Part shown: piece by piece, positions 1-9,813 of the stretch
Numbering within the stretch: position 1 is the stretch's first letter
How the letters are laid out: each line of letters opens with the position of its first letter
Source of the DNA: an uncultured Nitrososphaerota archaeon
GTDB taxonomy: Archaea; Thermoproteota; Nitrososphaeria; Conexivisphaerales; DTJL01
Length of the DNA: 64,000 nt
Direction of reading: 5' to 3'
Assembly: GCA_963842885.1 (NCBI GenBank)
Contig: CAWJIE010000003.1
Location: 96,001 to 160,000 of the forward strand
Translations under genes and position numbers: made by a program
Notes under the pieces: model-generated
What the model saw: only the letters and a program-made list of their open reading frames with translations
What the model was told of the DNA's origin: nothing
Database searches by the model: none

Positions 1-248
1 GGAGAGACTGGTGGTCGGTGGCGATAGGTCTCGTCATCGTCGTGATAGCCACAGCTGCCATGTGGAGCTGGCTGGATGGGTCTTTCCCCTCTGGGGGTTT
101 CGGCAGTGGTATCGGTGCCGGCTGGCTGGTCGCCATCTCCGCAGCGGTCATTTTCTTGCTGGTGCTGATAACCAGGATGTCGTGCTCGAGACGTCGGCCT
201 CGCGAAATCTCCCAGCCTGTCCCTAGCAGTTACACTCCCTCTGTCTGA
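1..248 (+). CDS. small membrane protein, probably 5'-partial
   Basis: ORF 18..248 has two hydrophobic helices separated by a Gly-rich loop; the frame stays open to the window edge. Confidence 0.5.
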   Translation, partial: RDWWSVAIGLVIVVIATAAMWSWLDGSFPSGGFGSGIGAGWLVAISAAVIFLLVLITRMSCSRRRPREISQPVPSSYTPSV

Positions 249-293
249 GACATGTCAAAGCCGCGTCGGGTCAGATTGGAGGGCAGAGGGCAT

Positions 294-718
294 CTACGAG
301 CCGCCCTCTTCGCCTAGGACCTCCACGACGACCTTCCTCCCCGACCTGGGCCCGTCCAGCTCGACGAAGAAGACGCTCTGGAACTCGCCGAGAGAGAGCG
401 ACCCCCCTCTGACCGGGAGCACTACCGATGGTCCCAGGTACGTCCCAGCCAGATGCGAGTGGGCGTTGTCGTCCATCAGGTTGTGAAGCCAGGTCCCCCT
501 CCGAGGGAAGTCCTCAGCGATTTTGTTGGCGATGTCGCGCACCAGCCCCTCCTCGTTTTCGTTGACCACGATGGAGGCCGTGGTGTGAGTCGAGTAGACG
601 AGACACAGCCCCCCTTTCACCCCGCTGTCTCTCACCGCGGCCACCACGGCAGCCGTGACGTCGATGAGCTCTCTGTCCCGTGGCTGTCCAGCGACACCTC
701 CCTGAAGAACGTCTTCAA
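294..718 (-). CDS. yjbQ: YjbQ/UPF0047 family protein, one frameshift near 680
   Basis: HTTASIVVNENE, NAHSHL and FFVELDGPR motifs; the N-terminus TTG-KTFFREVSLDS lies in another frame starting at 718. Confidence 0.85.
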
Positions 719-722
719 GCTC

Positions 723-878
723 TCACCTGAAGCCCGCGGCGACGAATTCCTTCAGGATCTTCTCGGCGTTCCCGGGAAGGCCAGTGTCCACCAGTGTGAA
801 ACCCTCGCCACTGCCCACCAGGTACGAGTTGGCACCCCTAACTCCCTCTATCACATGAATGCCGTTCGCGATCTCCAT
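723..878 (-). pseudogene. N-terminal fragment of an MBL-fold metallo-hydrolase
   Basis: My translation MEIANGIHVIEGVRGANSYLVGSGEGFTLVDTGLPGNAEKIL has the NxYL..LVDTG motif but stops at 51 aa, before HxHxDH. Confidence 0.65.
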
Positions 879-1008
879 GGCTTCCTCGACCATCGCTTTG
901 TGGTCCGTAGTCTAATGAGGTTTGCTGGAGACATGTCAACGGGGATTACCCTTCCTTCGTCCATAGCACAACGCTGGCTCAGGGAGGTGGTCTTCCCTCG
1001 GCTTCTAC

Positions 1009-1284
1009 CTACATCGCCAAGATGATTTCTATGCTTGAGACGTTGCTCATCGTGTTGGTCTCGGCGTTCTTCAGCTGTTCGGTGTCGATCTTGATCTCCT
1101 TGATCTTGGCTTCGGTGGCGAACCGCTTCCTCGTAATTTCAGCCACGTCGACAGCCGTGCTGATGGACCTTCCTCTGGCCTTGATGTGTACCTCGTTGAC
1201 TCCGTTCTGGAACAGGGTGAGGCACGCGAGCACATAGTTCATCGCAGGCTTCTTTCCGATTAGTACGGTGTTTGGTGCAGACAT
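1009..1284 (-). CDS. albA: DNA/RNA-binding chromatin protein Alba
   Basis: [27 protein letters not shown] and VSSIEIIL; likely start is the ATG at 1284. Confidence 0.95.
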   Translation of the reverse strand: MSAPNTVLIGKKPAMNYVLACLTLFQNGVNEVHIKARGRSISTAVDVAEITRKRFATEAKIKEIKIDTEQLKNAETNTMSNVSSIEIILAM

Positions 1285-1431
1285 TTTGAGTCCTACTGGC
1301 ATTACTTTGCATGTTTTAAATGTGTTTCGATGGCATCCAGCCTGGCGACGCCCGCCAGGGAACGGGGACACGTCGAAATGAGAGACGGAAGTGCAAGCTG
1401 CTCGCACCGGATTCCCTCCATGCCGCTGAGC

Positions 1432-2205
1432 TCACAGCTTGCCCACCTCTCTCACCTTGTAGAAGACCTCCCTGTACGAGACGGCGCCCACGGCCAGCAA
1501 CAGCAGCGACGTGAGGACCAGGGAGCCCAGCGCCACCGCCGCTATGGGCTGGCCTCCGAACACCCACGACCTCAGCGCGTCCACTCCCTGGCTCAGGGGA
1601 TTGTATTCGATGGCGGTGGCCAGGGATGCCGGGAAGACCCCCCGTATCACGGAGAGCGGGTATGAGATGGTGCTCATCCCCAGCAGAGCCACCTGGAGCC
1701 CTTCGGCGAAGACCCAGTACCGCTCTCCCCTCTTCGAGAAGAGGTTCAACACGGCGGCGATCCCGGAGAGGCCCATCGACAGCACAAGCATGATGGGGAT
1801 CATCGCCAGCGCCGCCGTCCAGGACGGATGCGGCAGCAGGGCCAGCGCCACGGCGAGGAGTATCCCCGAGTAGATGGTCCCTCCCAGCCCTCCCGAAATG
1901 ATGTGCGCCCAGACGAGGCCGTCGGTGCTCACCGGGAGGCTGAGGTAGTACTGCGTGACGCCTTCGGTGAGCCCAAGGTAGACCCTCCTGCCCACGTCCA
2001 GCGCCGCGGCGAACATGCCCGCTATCACGACGCCCGGCACGAAGAAGGTGAAGTAGTCGATGCTCATCATGCCGTTGTACACCAGCCCGAGGACAAGCAT
2101 GTCGGAGAGGTTCAGCGCGATGAGGGTGGCGATGAGCCACTTGGTCCTGAAGAAGTATGAGACGTCGACGACGATTATCCTGAAGATCCTCTGGCGCTGC
2201 CTCAT
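1432..2205 (-). CDS. ABC-2 type transporter permease
   Basis: Multi-TM C-terminal part of the listed ORF, starting at MRQRQRIF; NPLSQGVDALR motif; overlaps the upstream permease. Confidence 0.85.
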   Translation of the reverse strand: MRQRQRIFRIIVVDVSYFFRTKWLIATLIALNLSDMLVLGLVYNGMMSIDYFTFFVPGVVIAGMFAAALDVGRRVYLGLTEGVTQYYLSLPVSTDGLVWAHIISGGLGGTIYSGILLAVALALLPHPSWTAALAMIPIMLVLSMGLSGIAAVLNLFSKRGERYWVFAEGLQVALLGMSTISYPLSVIRGVFPASLATAIEYNPLSQGVDALRSWVFGGQPIAAVALGSLVLTSLLLLAVGAVSYREVFYKVREVGKL

Positions 2206-2972
2206 GACGACTTCACCCCCTCCACCGCGTGAGATATCGTGAACATGCCCGCGAACAGGGCGCCCACGGCCAGCGTCATGACCACCACCGTCGCCAGGTA
2301 CGGGTCGACCAGCAGGGAGGGGGGGAATCCCAGAGCGTCCCTCAGCAGGTCCGTCCCGTACGTCAGGGGGTTGCCCTTCGAGACGGTCGCTATCCCCTGC
2401 GGCATGAACGCCAGCGGGTAGTACATCGTGCTGAAACGGATCAGCAGGGCGCTCAATCCGGCGACGACGGCGCTGTATATGTCGAAGGACCTGAACGCCA
2501 CGAAGGACAATGCCACCATGAGCCCGATGACGGCTATGCCCAGGAGCGTCAGGATGGCGAGTGTGGAGAGGAGGACCCCCGGAGACATGGTCCCGCTCAG
2601 CCACATGATCACCGCCAGGGGGGGCACCAGCCTCACCGTGTTGACGACCGCCCCCAGCATGATCTGCTCGAAGAACAGGTGGTTCCGGTCTATGGGAAGC
2701 GAAAGGAGGTACTTCAGCCTGCCTTCGTGGGCGCTCTCGACGAAGCTCCTCCCCGCCCACGAGGCCGTGTTGAAGAGTATGAGGACGAGGAGCCCGGTCC
2801 CGTAGTAGAAGATGTAGTTGTCGGGCTTGACCACCAGGGCGGAGATGAGCCTGCCGTACACGAAGTACTCGAACGCGAAGAATACCCAGTAGTAGGCCAC
2901 CCACGGGACGGAGTCGAAGGCCTCCCGGAGGTCAAAGGACAGAAGAGAGAAGGTCCTAGGCGTCGGCGCCAT
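2202..2972 (-). CDS. ABC-2 type transporter permease
   Basis: About six TM segments; EGRLKYLLSLP and NPLTYGTDLLR motifs. Confidence 0.85.
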   Translation of the reverse strand: MAPTPRTFSLLSFDLREAFDSVPWVAYYWVFFAFEYFVYGRLISALVVKPDNYIFYYGTGLLVLILFNTASWAGRSFVESAHEGRLKYLLSLPIDRNHLFFEQIMLGAVVNTVRLVPPLAVIMWLSGTMSPGVLLSTLAILTLLGIAVIGLMVALSFVAFRSFDIYSAVVAGLSALLIRFSTMYYPLAFMPQGIATVSKGNPLTYGTDLLRDALGFPPSLLVDPYLATVVVMTLAVGALFAGMFTISHAVEGVKSS

Positions 2973-3933
2973 TTTGAAGCGTCCCTCCGGTGTAATGCAG
3001 GAAGATGTCGTCCAAGGACGGCTCCGTAACCCTGACCGACGTGACCTTCAGCGACTGGGACGACGCGCTGGCCATCATGAGGGGTAGCCAGTCCTCCGAC
3101 CTGGTGACGTAGGCCCTGAGCCTGTTCTCGGACTCCTGAAGGACCCTGGCGGTCCCCTCCACCTTCTTGAGGGCCTCGACGACGTGGCCTCCCACGGACA
3201 CGGAGAACTCGATGTCCACGATGTCAGCGCCCCTGACGCTGTCCTTCAGGGTCCGCAACGTGTCCGTGACCACCTCCTTCCCCTCGCTCATGATGGTTAT
3301 CCTGTCCGCGAGGTACTCCGCCTCCCTGACCTCGTTGGTGGCCACCACCACGGTCGAGCCCTCTTCTCTTAGCTCCCTGATCTTATCCCAGATCATCCTC
3401 TTCCCAGCGAGGTCCACCATGCTGGTGGGCTCGTCGAAGATGGCCACCTGAGGCCTCTGGATGAACTGCTTGGCCACTTCGAGCCTCTTGGCCTGTCCCC
3501 CGGAGAGCTCCATGAACCTCTTGTCACGCGAGTCCCAGAGGTCGAACTCATGGAGGGCCCTCTCCACCGCCTCCTTCCTCCTCGCCCCCTCGAACCCGTA
3601 AATCGAGGCATGGAAGGAGAGGATGCCCCTGGGCTTGTGCCTCCAGAAGCCCCTGGGCTCCTGGAAGGAGATGCCCACCACCTCCCTGACCTGCAGTGGC
3701 TCCCTGACGATGTCGTAGCCCATGACCTTGGCCGTCCCTCCGCTGGGCTTGAGGACGGTCGAAAGGAGATGGAGGAGGGTCGTCTTCCCCGAGCCGTTGG
3801 GCCCCAAGATGACGAGTATCTCCCCCTTCCTTACGTTGAGGTTAAGGCCGAAGAGGGCCGTGAATTTCCCATAGCTCTTCGCCAAGTCCAACGTCTCCAC
3901 GGCGAACTCCAACCCTAGCTTCGACCCCTTCAT
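2956..3933 (-). CDS. ABC transporter ATP-binding protein (DrrA-like)
   Basis: Walker A GPNGSGKT, signature LSGGQ, Walker B IFDEP, C-terminal EPSLDDIFLHYTG. Confidence 0.92.
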   Translation of the reverse strand: MKGSKLGLEFAVETLDLAKSYGKFTALFGLNLNVRKGEILVILGPNGSGKTTLLHLLSTVLKPSGGTAKVMGYDIVREPLQVREVVGISFQEPRGFWRHKPRGILSFHASIYGFEGARRKEAVERALHEFDLWDSRDKRFMELSGGQAKRLEVAKQFIQRPQVAIFDEPTSMVDLAGKRMIWDKIRELREEGSTVVVATNEVREAEYLADRITIMSEGKEVVTDTLRTLKDSVRGADIVDIEFSVSVGGHVVEALKKVEGTARVLQESENRLRAYVTRSEDWLPLMMASASSQSLKVTSVRVTEPSLDDIFLHYTGGTLQNGADA

Positions 3934-4449
3934 CTCGCCGTCCCGGAGAAACGACTCTTTAAGACTTTTGACCGCGCAGCTCGAAGGGGCTGGGGTCGGC
4001 AGGTCCTAAACGGTGGCATCCCCCTCGAGGGACACCATATCATCTTGAACCTGGAGCTCCGTGCCCGGGTCCTCTGGCCTTTGGGTCTTGGCGTCCCTGG
4101 GGTCCTCCATTGGGGTCGCGACTCCAATTCGGAACAGGCTCCATCTCCGCTGACGGCCTGACCTTTGTCGCAAGAGCCCTCGTCTCCGCCGTCTTCCTCT
4201 TTCTGATCCCTCGGACTCTCGACTCGGCGTCCGCCGCCAGGGGACTCAATTCATCTTCAGCCCGTCCTCGCACCGAAGGACCACAAGTTGGTCCAATCTA
4301 CTCCGGCGTTCTCGCTGGATGTTGAGCGTGAGCTACGCCAAAGGCGGAAGCTCTGGTTGACCTTGAGAATCTGCCGGACATTCAAGGCCATCTGCCAATG
4401 GAGGCCTGGCGGCCCCCATTTTGAAGGGATTGAAGTCTGAAGTTACCCG

Positions 4450-4857
4450 TCACTGGAAGACTTCGACCCAGATGCCATTGGGGTCTTCGATGTAGGCCCA
4501 TCTGGAAGTCTTGGTCTTGATCTCCCTAATCACCCGGTATCCCATCTTCTTCGCCCTCCCAAGGGTCTCATCAAGGCTCTCAACTTGGAAGCAGAGGTGA
4601 TCCAAACCCTCCCCAACGGTGTAACGCTTGTCGTAAAGGCTCTTCTCCTCATAATAGTTTAGCTCCAGAGGGAATCCACCCTTCTCGCTGACAAGAGAAG
4701 CGACCTCGCCATGCGTAACATCGATCTTTGACCTGCCGACCAACTCCATCTTGAACAGCCGGGAGTAGAAGCCGATGGACTCGTCCAAGTCCTTGACCCT
4801 TATCCCAACATACGTGAACTTCGGTTTCACGAGTTCCTGGCACTCCCCCGTCGTCAT
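4450..4857 (-). CDS. VOC/glyoxalase family protein (start uncertain)
   Basis: IRVKDLDESIGFY, LELNY, DHLCFQV and YIEDPNGIWVE motifs. Confidence 0.88.
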   Translation of the reverse strand: MTTGECQELVKPKFTYVGIRVKDLDESIGFYSRLFKMELVGRSKIDVTHGEVASLVSEKGGFPLELNYYEEKSLYDKRYTVGEGLDHLCFQVESLDETLGRAKKMGYRVIREIKTKTSRWAYIEDPNGIWVEVFQ

Positions 4858-5058
4858 AAGCTTGTCGTCACTCGTTGGTCCTCGAGCGGGACCGCCCGTT
4901 TCCCCGGCATACGCGCTACGGTCGTATCCATTTGCGGGGCCCCTATGTTTAAACTTCATAGCCGCAAAGCTCTTATTATAAAAAGCAACTTTATCGGTCG
5001 ATGTCGTTCGAACCCCTTTCACGAGAAGGGGTGATCACATCAAGAGAATAAAAGAGAT

Positions 5059-5793
5059 ATGACAATCGAAGAAGACGATAACATCATAGGAAGAAATTCC
5101 AAGATGAAGAGACGTGACTTCCTTAAAGGTGTCGGAATAGGCGCTGTAGTCGCCGGAGTCGGTGTCGCAGGCGCGGCTGAGATAACGCTGCTCAACAAGA
5201 GCAGCCCTGGTGGCAGCTCTAGCAGTAGCTCCAGTAGCAGCTCTAGCAGTAGCTCCAGTAGCAGCTCTAGCAGCTCGTCCTCAGGCACTACCTCCACGAC
5301 GGCCGCCGGGCTTCCTACGCCGGTGCTCACCAAGGTCGTCACCCTCAGCGTGAACGGCGGGTCTCAGACCCTCCAAGTCCAGAGCAACTGGACCCTCCTC
5401 AGGGTCATCCGGGACCAGCTTCACCTGTTCGGGGCGAAGGAGGGTTGCGACCGAGGCGAGTGCGGTGCCTGCACCGTCATCATAGATGGGAATGCCGTCA
5501 ATTCATGCCAGATACTAGCTATCGAAGCTGAAGGGCATACCGTAACCACCATCGAAGGGATAGGCACCCCACAGAACCTCCATCCGCTACAGGCGGCTTG
5601 GATAGCGAACCAGGGCACCGAATGCGGCGCCTGCGCGCCGGGAATGATCATGCAGGCGAAGGCGCTTCTGGACGCCAACCCCAAGCCTACGGTAGACCAG
5701 ATTCGCCAGGCCCTCGCCGGGAACATCTGCGGATGCGGTCAGTACGCCGCCATCACGCGTTCCGTGATGGACGCTGCAGGGGTGAGCTCCTAG
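5059..5793 (+). CDS. Tat-signal (2Fe-2S)-binding subunit of a xanthine dehydrogenase-family oxidoreductase (PaoA/YagT-like)
   Basis: KRRDFLK twin-arginine motif plus hydrophobic stretch, poly-Ser linker, GCDRGECGACTV...NSC and CGAC...CGC clusters. Confidence 0.92.
   Translation: MTIEEDDNIIGRNSKMKRRDFLKGVGIGAVVAGVGVAGAAEITLLNKSSPGGSSSSSSSSSSSSSSSSSSSSSSSGTTSTTAAGLPTPVLTKVVTLSVNGGSQTLQVQSNWTLLRVIRDQLHLFGAKEGCDRGECGACTVIIDGNAVNSCQILAIEAEGHTVTTIEGIGTPQNLHPLQAAWIANQGTECGACAPGMIMQAKALLDANPKPTVDQIRQALAGNICGCGQYAAITRSVMDAAGVSS
5215..5283 (+). repeat. 24-nt tandem repeat encoding 23 consecutive Ser
   Basis: agctctagcagtagctccagtagc twice plus a degenerate third copy. Confidence 0.9.
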
Positions 5794-5794
5794 A

Positions 5795-8005
5795 ATGAGT
5801 TCATTCAATGTAGTGGGCACGGACCAGCACGACAACTTCGCCATGGAGAAGGTCTTGGGCAAGTGGCTCTATCCCAACGACCACGTCATCGACAATCTCC
5901 TATACATGAAGATCCTTTCCAGCCCATACGCCCATGCGAAGATAACCGCCATAGACGCCAGCGCCGCGTTGGCCCTTCCGGGCGTCAAGGCCGTCACGAC
6001 GTACGTGGACTGCCCCTTCTTCTCCCAGGAAGTGTTGTTCGTGGGACAGGAAGTGGCCGCCGTCGCCGCGACCGACCCTGACATCGCTGAAGAGGCCCTG
6101 GACCTTATCAACGTCACCTACTCGAAGCTCCCCTTCGTCCTGAACCCCCAAGACGCGATGGCGTCAGGAGCACCCAACGTGGGCTTCCTCTCCAGTGGCA
6201 ACGTAATCGGCGGCGCCCCCACCATCAGCAAGAAGGGCGACGTCGACTCAGGCTTCGCCTCCTCCGACGTGACCGTCGAAGACAGCTTCGGCCCCACTGC
6301 CACCTACCAGCACAGCCCGATCATACCGAGGTCGGCGCTCGCCATTTACTCGTACGACGCCGTTCCCAGTCTGACCGTCTACACCGTTGGGCAGTGGCCC
6401 TTCATGGGCCGCACGGTCGTGGCGGGCTTCATGGGGATGCCTCTCAATAGCGTGAGGATAATCAACCACGGCACCGGCGGCGGCTTCGGGGACTTGACGG
6501 GCTACGAATACGCTATACTGCCCTCGTACCTCTCCAAGAAGACGGGCCAGCCTGTCCTCAACTACCTCTCCAGGAAGGACAACTACCTCCACGCGACCCG
6601 CCAGTACCGCAGCTACATTGACGTCAAGGTGGGCGCGAAGAACGACGGCACGTTCCAGGCTATCCAGGCTACACTCGTCGGCGACATGGGAGGGAGCGCA
6701 GGATTCGGCGAGGGGGACGTCGTCTCTCCACTCCAGATCACGTACCGCTGGCCCAACTACCTGTTCACGGCATACGCCGTCACGACGAACCTGCCTCGCA
6801 CAGGCGCCTGGAGATGTGTAGGCGAGCCCGCCGGAACCTTCGCGATGGAGCAGGTCATCGACGAGCTGGCGTACAAGCTGAACATGGACCCCGTCCAGCT
6901 CAGATTGCAGAACGTCCTGACCTCCACCGAGACGGACGGCGCGACCGGGCTTCCGTTCAGCAGCGTCGCCGTGAAGGACGCCACGACGTCGGCGGCCAAC
7001 ACGATGCAGTGGACCACCAGGTGGCACCAACCCGGGATCAAGCAGCTATCAGACGGGACTTGGCACGGAATAGGCGTAGCTAACTTCATCTGCAACAAGG
7101 GCGCGGTGGCCGTCTTCGGCCAGGTGACCCCGTTCATCCTGAGCGCAGCGGACGGAACCTTCCTCCTTAACTTAGGCCAGTCCAACATCAACACTACAGC
7201 GCAGGAGATGCTAATGATCGCGGCCGAGACACTGGGCGTCACGATGGATAAAGTGGCCATCGGCGAGTTCGGAGATACCTCTGCCACTCAAGACTGCTTC
7301 CTGCAGGCTGGCAGCTCGAGGACCGGGCACACGGGCAACGCCGTCATCGCCGCCGCCACAGACATCAAGAACAGGGTCTTTGCGCTGGCTGCGGCGACAC
7401 TCAACACTACTGTGGACAACCTTACAGCGAAGAACAACGTGATCTCGGAAATCTCGGACTCCACCAAGAACACCACCTACGCAGCCGTCCTCGGCCAAGC
7501 GACGGGCATGGTCGGATGGGGCAACAATGCGCTCAACTACGGCATGACTACGCGCACAGCCTCTACGACCGTGGTCGAGGTGGCCGTCGACAAGGACACG
7601 GGCGACGTGGCCTTGCTGGACGGTTGCATCTGCGATGACAGCGGAACCGTCATCTTCCCCAGGGGCGCGCTCGGACAGGTGGAAGCCGGCTGGGTTCACG
7701 GAGGGGGCTTCGCAAGGACCTGGCATCAGGAGTACGACGCCAACAACGGCACCGTGATGAACCCCAACTTCAGGGACCACGGGTTCCCGACCATTCTGGA
7801 CTTTCCCACCCCCGACAAATTCACGGCGAGTTGGGTGCAGCCATACGACAAGTTGGGACCTTACGGAGCGAAGGGCATGGGCGAGCCTCCGGTCGGCGCG
7901 GTTTCGGCAGCCATCGCCAACGCTGTTTACAACGCCATCGGCGTCAGGTACAAGGACGAGACGACAATGCCTGCCAAGGTCTTGAAGGCCCTAGGGGTGG
8001 CCTAG
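5795..8005 (+). CDS. molybdopterin-binding large subunit, xanthine dehydrogenase family (PaoC/YagR-like)
   Basis: SPYAHAKI, GGGFG, GQVEAG and GAKGMGEPP (catalytic Glu) motifs; 736 aa. Confidence 0.93.
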   Translation: MSSFNVVGTDQHDNFAMEKVLGKWLYPNDHVIDNLLYMKILSSPYAHAKITAIDASAALALPGVKAVTTYVDCPFFSQEVLFVGQEVAAVAATDPDIAEEALDLINVTYSKLPFVLNPQDAMASGAPNVGFLSSGNVIGGAPTISKKGDVDSGFASSDVTVEDSFGPTATYQHSPIIPRSALAIYSYDAVPSLTVYTVGQWPFMGRTVVAGFMGMPLNSVRIINHGTGGGFGDLTGYEYAILPSYLSKKTGQPVLNYLSRKDNYLHATRQYRSYIDVKVGAKNDGTFQAIQATLVGDMGGSAGFGEGDVVSPLQITYRWPNYLFTAYAVTTNLPRTGAWRCVGEPAGTFAMEQVIDELAYKLNMDPVQLRLQNVLTSTETDGATGLPFSSVAVKDATTSAANTMQWTTRWHQPGIKQLSDGTWHGIGVANFICNKGAVAVFGQVTPFILSAADGTFLLNLGQSNINTTAQEMLMIAAETLGVTMDKVAIGEFGDTSATQDCFLQAGSSRTGHTGNAVIAAATDIKNRVFALAAATLNTTVDNLTAKNNVISEISDSTKNTTYAAVLGQATGMVGWGNNALNYGMTTRTASTTVVEVAVDKDTGDVALLDGCICDDSGTVIFPRGALGQVEAGWVHGGGFARTWHQEYDANNGTVMNPNFRDHGFPTILDFPTPDKFTASWVQPYDKLGPYGAKGMGEPPVGAVSAAIANAVYNAIGVRYKDETTMPAKVLKALGVA

Positions 8006-8006
8006 A

Positions 8007-8981
8007 ATGAAGAACTTCTATCACGTAGACGCGACTTCGTTGAATCAGGCCGTACAGCTCCTTGACAAGTACGGCACGAATGCGGTCGTCATCGCCGGCG
8101 GGACGGAGGAAATCACGACGATGAAGGAATCATCGCTCCCCACTAGCCAGCTCCCGACGTATATCATCAACCTGAAGACGATCTCCCCCGCGCTGAACAC
8201 CATCACGACCGACTCTGCGGGCCTCCACGTGGGACCCCTGGCGACGCTGGCCGATATCGCCGCAAGCGCGACGGTCAGCCAGAGCTGGCCCGCGTTGGCG
8301 CAGGCGGCCCTGTCCGTAGCCACGCCCAACATAAGGAACGTCGGGACCATCGGCGGCAACATCTCTCAGGACGTGTGGTGCTGGTACTACAGGTATGAAC
8401 ACAATCTGTTCAACTGTCTAAGGAAGGGAGGGTCTGTATGCTATGCGACCCTCGGGAACAACACGTACCACTCCATCTTCGGAGGGCCCAAGGGCTGCTA
8501 CTCGGTCCATCCCTCAGACACAGGCGTCGCCCTTCTGGCTCTTGGCGCATCGGTGGTCACCACGCAGCGGACCATCCCCATGAACCAGTTCTTCTACGCG
8601 TTCGCACCAGGGAACGTCCTCAACGCTGACGAGATCATCAAGGACATCGTCGTGCCGACTCCAACGACGGGCAACATGCAGGTCTACCTGAAGTACCGCG
8701 CAAGGAAGGGCTTCGACTTCGCCACTTCCAGCGTCGGGCTGCTGGTGGCACCCGCGACCGGTACGGTGAGCACCGCCAGCATCTGGCTCGGTGGCGTCGC
8801 ACCCGCACCAGTCGAGGCCACTGCCGCCGAGGCCGCGCTGAAGGGCAAGACGATAAGCGCTTCCGTGGCGGCTACGGCCGCTGCCGCCGCTGTCAACGAC
8901 GCCAGTCCGATGCCCCTGAACAACTACAAGATCGCCCTCACGTCTGGCTTAGTGAAGAAAGCAATCTTATCTCAGAGCTAG
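8007..8981 (+). CDS. FAD-binding subunit with [4Fe-4S] insert (PaoB/HcrB-type)
   Basis: IAGGTE and RNVGTIGGN motifs; CWYYR..CLRKGGSVC..C-x3-HPSD insert. Confidence 0.92.
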   Translation: MKNFYHVDATSLNQAVQLLDKYGTNAVVIAGGTEEITTMKESSLPTSQLPTYIINLKTISPALNTITTDSAGLHVGPLATLADIAASATVSQSWPALAQAALSVATPNIRNVGTIGGNISQDVWCWYYRYEHNLFNCLRKGGSVCYATLGNNTYHSIFGGPKGCYSVHPSDTGVALLALGASVVTTQRTIPMNQFFYAFAPGNVLNADEIIKDIVVPTPTTGNMQVYLKYRARKGFDFATSSVGLLVAPATGTVSTASIWLGGVAPAPVEATAAEAALKGKTISASVAATAAAAAVNDASPMPLNNYKIALTSGLVKKAILSQS

Positions 8982-8990
8982 CATCTGATG

Positions 8991-9005
8991 TTTTTTCTTT
9001 TTTTT
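8991..9005 (+). terminator. oligo-T archaeal terminator
   Basis: ttttttctttttttt about 10 nt after the stop of the FAD-subunit gene. Confidence 0.7.
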
Positions 9006-9035
9006 GGCGCCTACCGGGAGGATTAGATCGTTAAG

Positions 9036-9758
9036 ATGATCGGACATGCGACGATGGACGCAGGAGGCTGTGGGGGGGCACACGCGGGGCAAGAGCCTTG
9101 CGGGACGGAAAAGCCCTACGTCCACGGAATCCCCCTGCGACGATATGCGGCGCTGGCGACGCTGGCCATGCTCATCACCGCCTCGGTCGGCGGCACAGCC
9201 CTGGCCCAGCAGGTCGAGAGCCAGTGGCAAATCAGCCTCTCCTTCAATCAGCCCACCTTCGTCGTCGGTCAGCCGATCAGCCTCACCGGGAGCCTCTACC
9301 CGCCGCAGCAGGCTACGATCTTCCTCACAATCATCCTCCCCGATGCCAGCGTGAACACCTTCTACGTCGACACCGACACCTCGGGGAACTTCAACTTCAG
9401 CCACGAGTGGGGCGGCCTCGGATACTACGGCGCCTACGGGACCGTCTACCCCCCTCCCGCCGACGCCAACGTCACCACCGATGTAGCCCATTGCGAGCTC
9501 ACCTATGCTCAGACGACGCCGGGAAACACTACGAGCACAGCTTCCCAGGCGGGCACCACGACGCAGACAGTGACGACCACCAGCAGCTCTCAGCAGGAGG
9601 GCTCTGGGTCGTCGCCATCGACTCCGGAGGTGGCGGCCTATAACCTCCTCTACGCAGGGATCGCGATCGCTGCGTGTGCCGTCGTGATGGGCTCCGTCTT
9701 CGCGATCAGGCATAGGAGGTCTGGACGCCGGGCTCCTCTCTTGCCCAGGGAAGCCTGA
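9036..9758 (+). CDS. secreted, C-terminally anchored Ig-like protein with Ser/Thr linker
   Basis: Signal-like segment, beta-rich domain, T/S-rich linker, TM helix and basic tail; start uncertain. Confidence 0.7.
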   Translation: MIGHATMDAGGCGGAHAGQEPCGTEKPYVHGIPLRRYAALATLAMLITASVGGTALAQQVESQWQISLSFNQPTFVVGQPISLTGSLYPPQQATIFLTIILPDASVNTFYVDTDTSGNFNFSHEWGGLGYYGAYGTVYPPPADANVTTDVAHCELTYAQTTPGNTTSTASQAGTTTQTVTTTSSSQQEGSGSSPSTPEVAAYNLLYAGIAIAACAVVMGSVFAIRHRRSGRRAPLLPREA

Positions 9759-9813
9759 TCTGCTGCCGAAGGCCGATAGAACGGATTTTCTGCAGTGAGA
9801 TTAATATAACGGG

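Noticed and set aside
247-939. 12-bp direct repeat GAGACATGTCAA at 247-258 and 928-939 as a target-site duplication
   Set aside because: A few such nearby 12-mer matches are expected by chance in 64 kb, and no mobile gene lies between them.
4005-4110. 34-aa acidic ORF upstream of the first ABC exporter as a RiPP precursor
   Set aside because: No modification enzymes nearby and no recognisable leader or core motif.
5795-8005. Aerobic CO dehydrogenase (coxL) call
   Set aside because: The loop is AWRCVGE, not AYxCSFR. The Tat signal, the [4Fe-4S]-containing FAD subunit and the lack of cox accessory genes also argue against it.
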